A stretch of 63,747 nucleotides of DNA, filler included, from Octopus bimaculoides (Eukaryota), in assembly GCF_001194135.2 (NCBI RefSeq). It is 5 parts of 4 records of this genome, joined end to end, with 100 filler letters (N's around TTAATTAATTAA, not from the genome) between each part and the next. Parts side by side here need not be neighbours in the genome. Positions count along the whole stretch, not along the records: positions 59,602 to 63,747 come from NC_068996.1; 4 more parts are not named here. The stretch is one strand, 5' to 3'. This document shows positions 62,975 through 63,747 of the stretch, in pieces (positions within the stretch are counted from its first letter, which is position 1; each line of letters starts with the position of its first letter). The position numbers and the translations under genes are program-made. The notes beneath the pieces are model-generated. The model did no database searches. It had not been told where the DNA came from and saw only the letters and a list, made by a program, of their open reading frames with translations.

Positions 62975-63532
62975 AATGCCTTGATGCAGTATCAGACAGT
63001 GGCTCTCATGGCTTCTGATCTTAACTGGCTGGAAGGGTTATCATGTATATTGTTTTGTCTTGGTATAATAGATGGGCTACAGCAAATATTATGCTTAATA
63101 CCACAGATTTGCTTGTCAGTTGTTTGACCATAACCATTTGAGCATGTCCCTTGGTGGCTGACGATATGTGCATCTCTGATCAGGAGCAGAAGTAGTGGGG
63201 GAGCATCATAGCCAAGTGTTGAGAGGAATTCTTTGGGGTTTGGATAATTCATCTCTGGAAACATGGGTGTTTCATTCAACATCCTCAAACAAACCTTATT
63301 CAGGCACCTTTTGAGCAGGATGGGCTATCCGACCTGAAGAAAATTCTAACTGGGCCCCACCTGCGAGGTCATGCGCTGTTTATCTGGATATGAGATCACC
63401 ATGTCGCACACATATGGTTGTGATGCATGTGCCTGGTGTACCTTTATCAGACGGGTAGTCATGATGGGTATACAGGGCTTCGTATATTTGTACTCCAGTG
63501 TCACTTTGATGGCATGCACTGCTCTCTCACTC
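62975..63532 (-). repeat. Repeat family F6, complete copy embedded in (ATT)n/(GTT)n microsatellite
   Basis: On its own strand it runs GAGTGAGAGAGCAGTGCATGCC...TACTGCATCAAGGCATT followed by a long (ATT)n; the 5' flank is also (ATT)/(GTT) repeats. Confidence 0.85.
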
Positions 63533-63747
63533 TCTCACTCTCTCACTCACTCACTCACTCACACAACAACAACAACAACAACGACAACAGCAGCAGTAGC
63601 AGCAGCAGCAGCAACAACAACATCAACAACAACAGCAACAACAACAACAATAATAATAATAATTAATTCGTTTTATTGGCCACAAGGGCTAATATCAATT
63701 AAAAACATATAAGGACAAAGACAGGACGAAGGTTACAAAAGGTTTTG

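Overview
This is eukaryotic, AT-rich draft genomic DNA with many assembly gaps and a heavy load of microsatellites ((CA)n, (TA)n, (AAT)n, (CATA)n, (GAT)n). The repeat content (several tRNA-derived SINE families, LINE, Penelope and DNA-transposon debris) is most consistent with a coleoid cephalopod (Octopus-like) scaffold; that assignment is an inference. No complete host gene can be built, and there is no prokaryotic system or CRISPR array. Most ORFs in the track are artefacts of N-runs or microsatellites. Recognisable fragments: Penelope-like (PLE) GIY-YIG and RT pieces, a 5'-inverted R4/Dong LINE, L1/Tx1-type ORF1/ORF2 pieces, Tc1 and mariner derivatives (two fold-back), hAT, pogo and piggyBac MITEs, a Helitron helicase piece, Gypsy and RTE remnants, and at least five SINE-like families. 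The most interesting signal is two unrelated families of short non-coding repeats that carry hammerhead-ribozyme (HHR) cores. Family 1 occurs at three loci with the same layout, [inverted HHR tail][tRNA-like Pol III head][HHR tail]. It looks like a Pol III-driven, non-autonomous PLE/retrozyme-type element. Family 2 (6.3-7.0 kb) has a complete type I HHR in a nested inverted duplication. A U2 snRNA 5' fragment ending right after the branch-point-recognition motif sits next to the Helitron and Tx1 fragments. Repeat boundaries are approximate (about +/-10-20 nt) unless a TSD or TIR is quoted.
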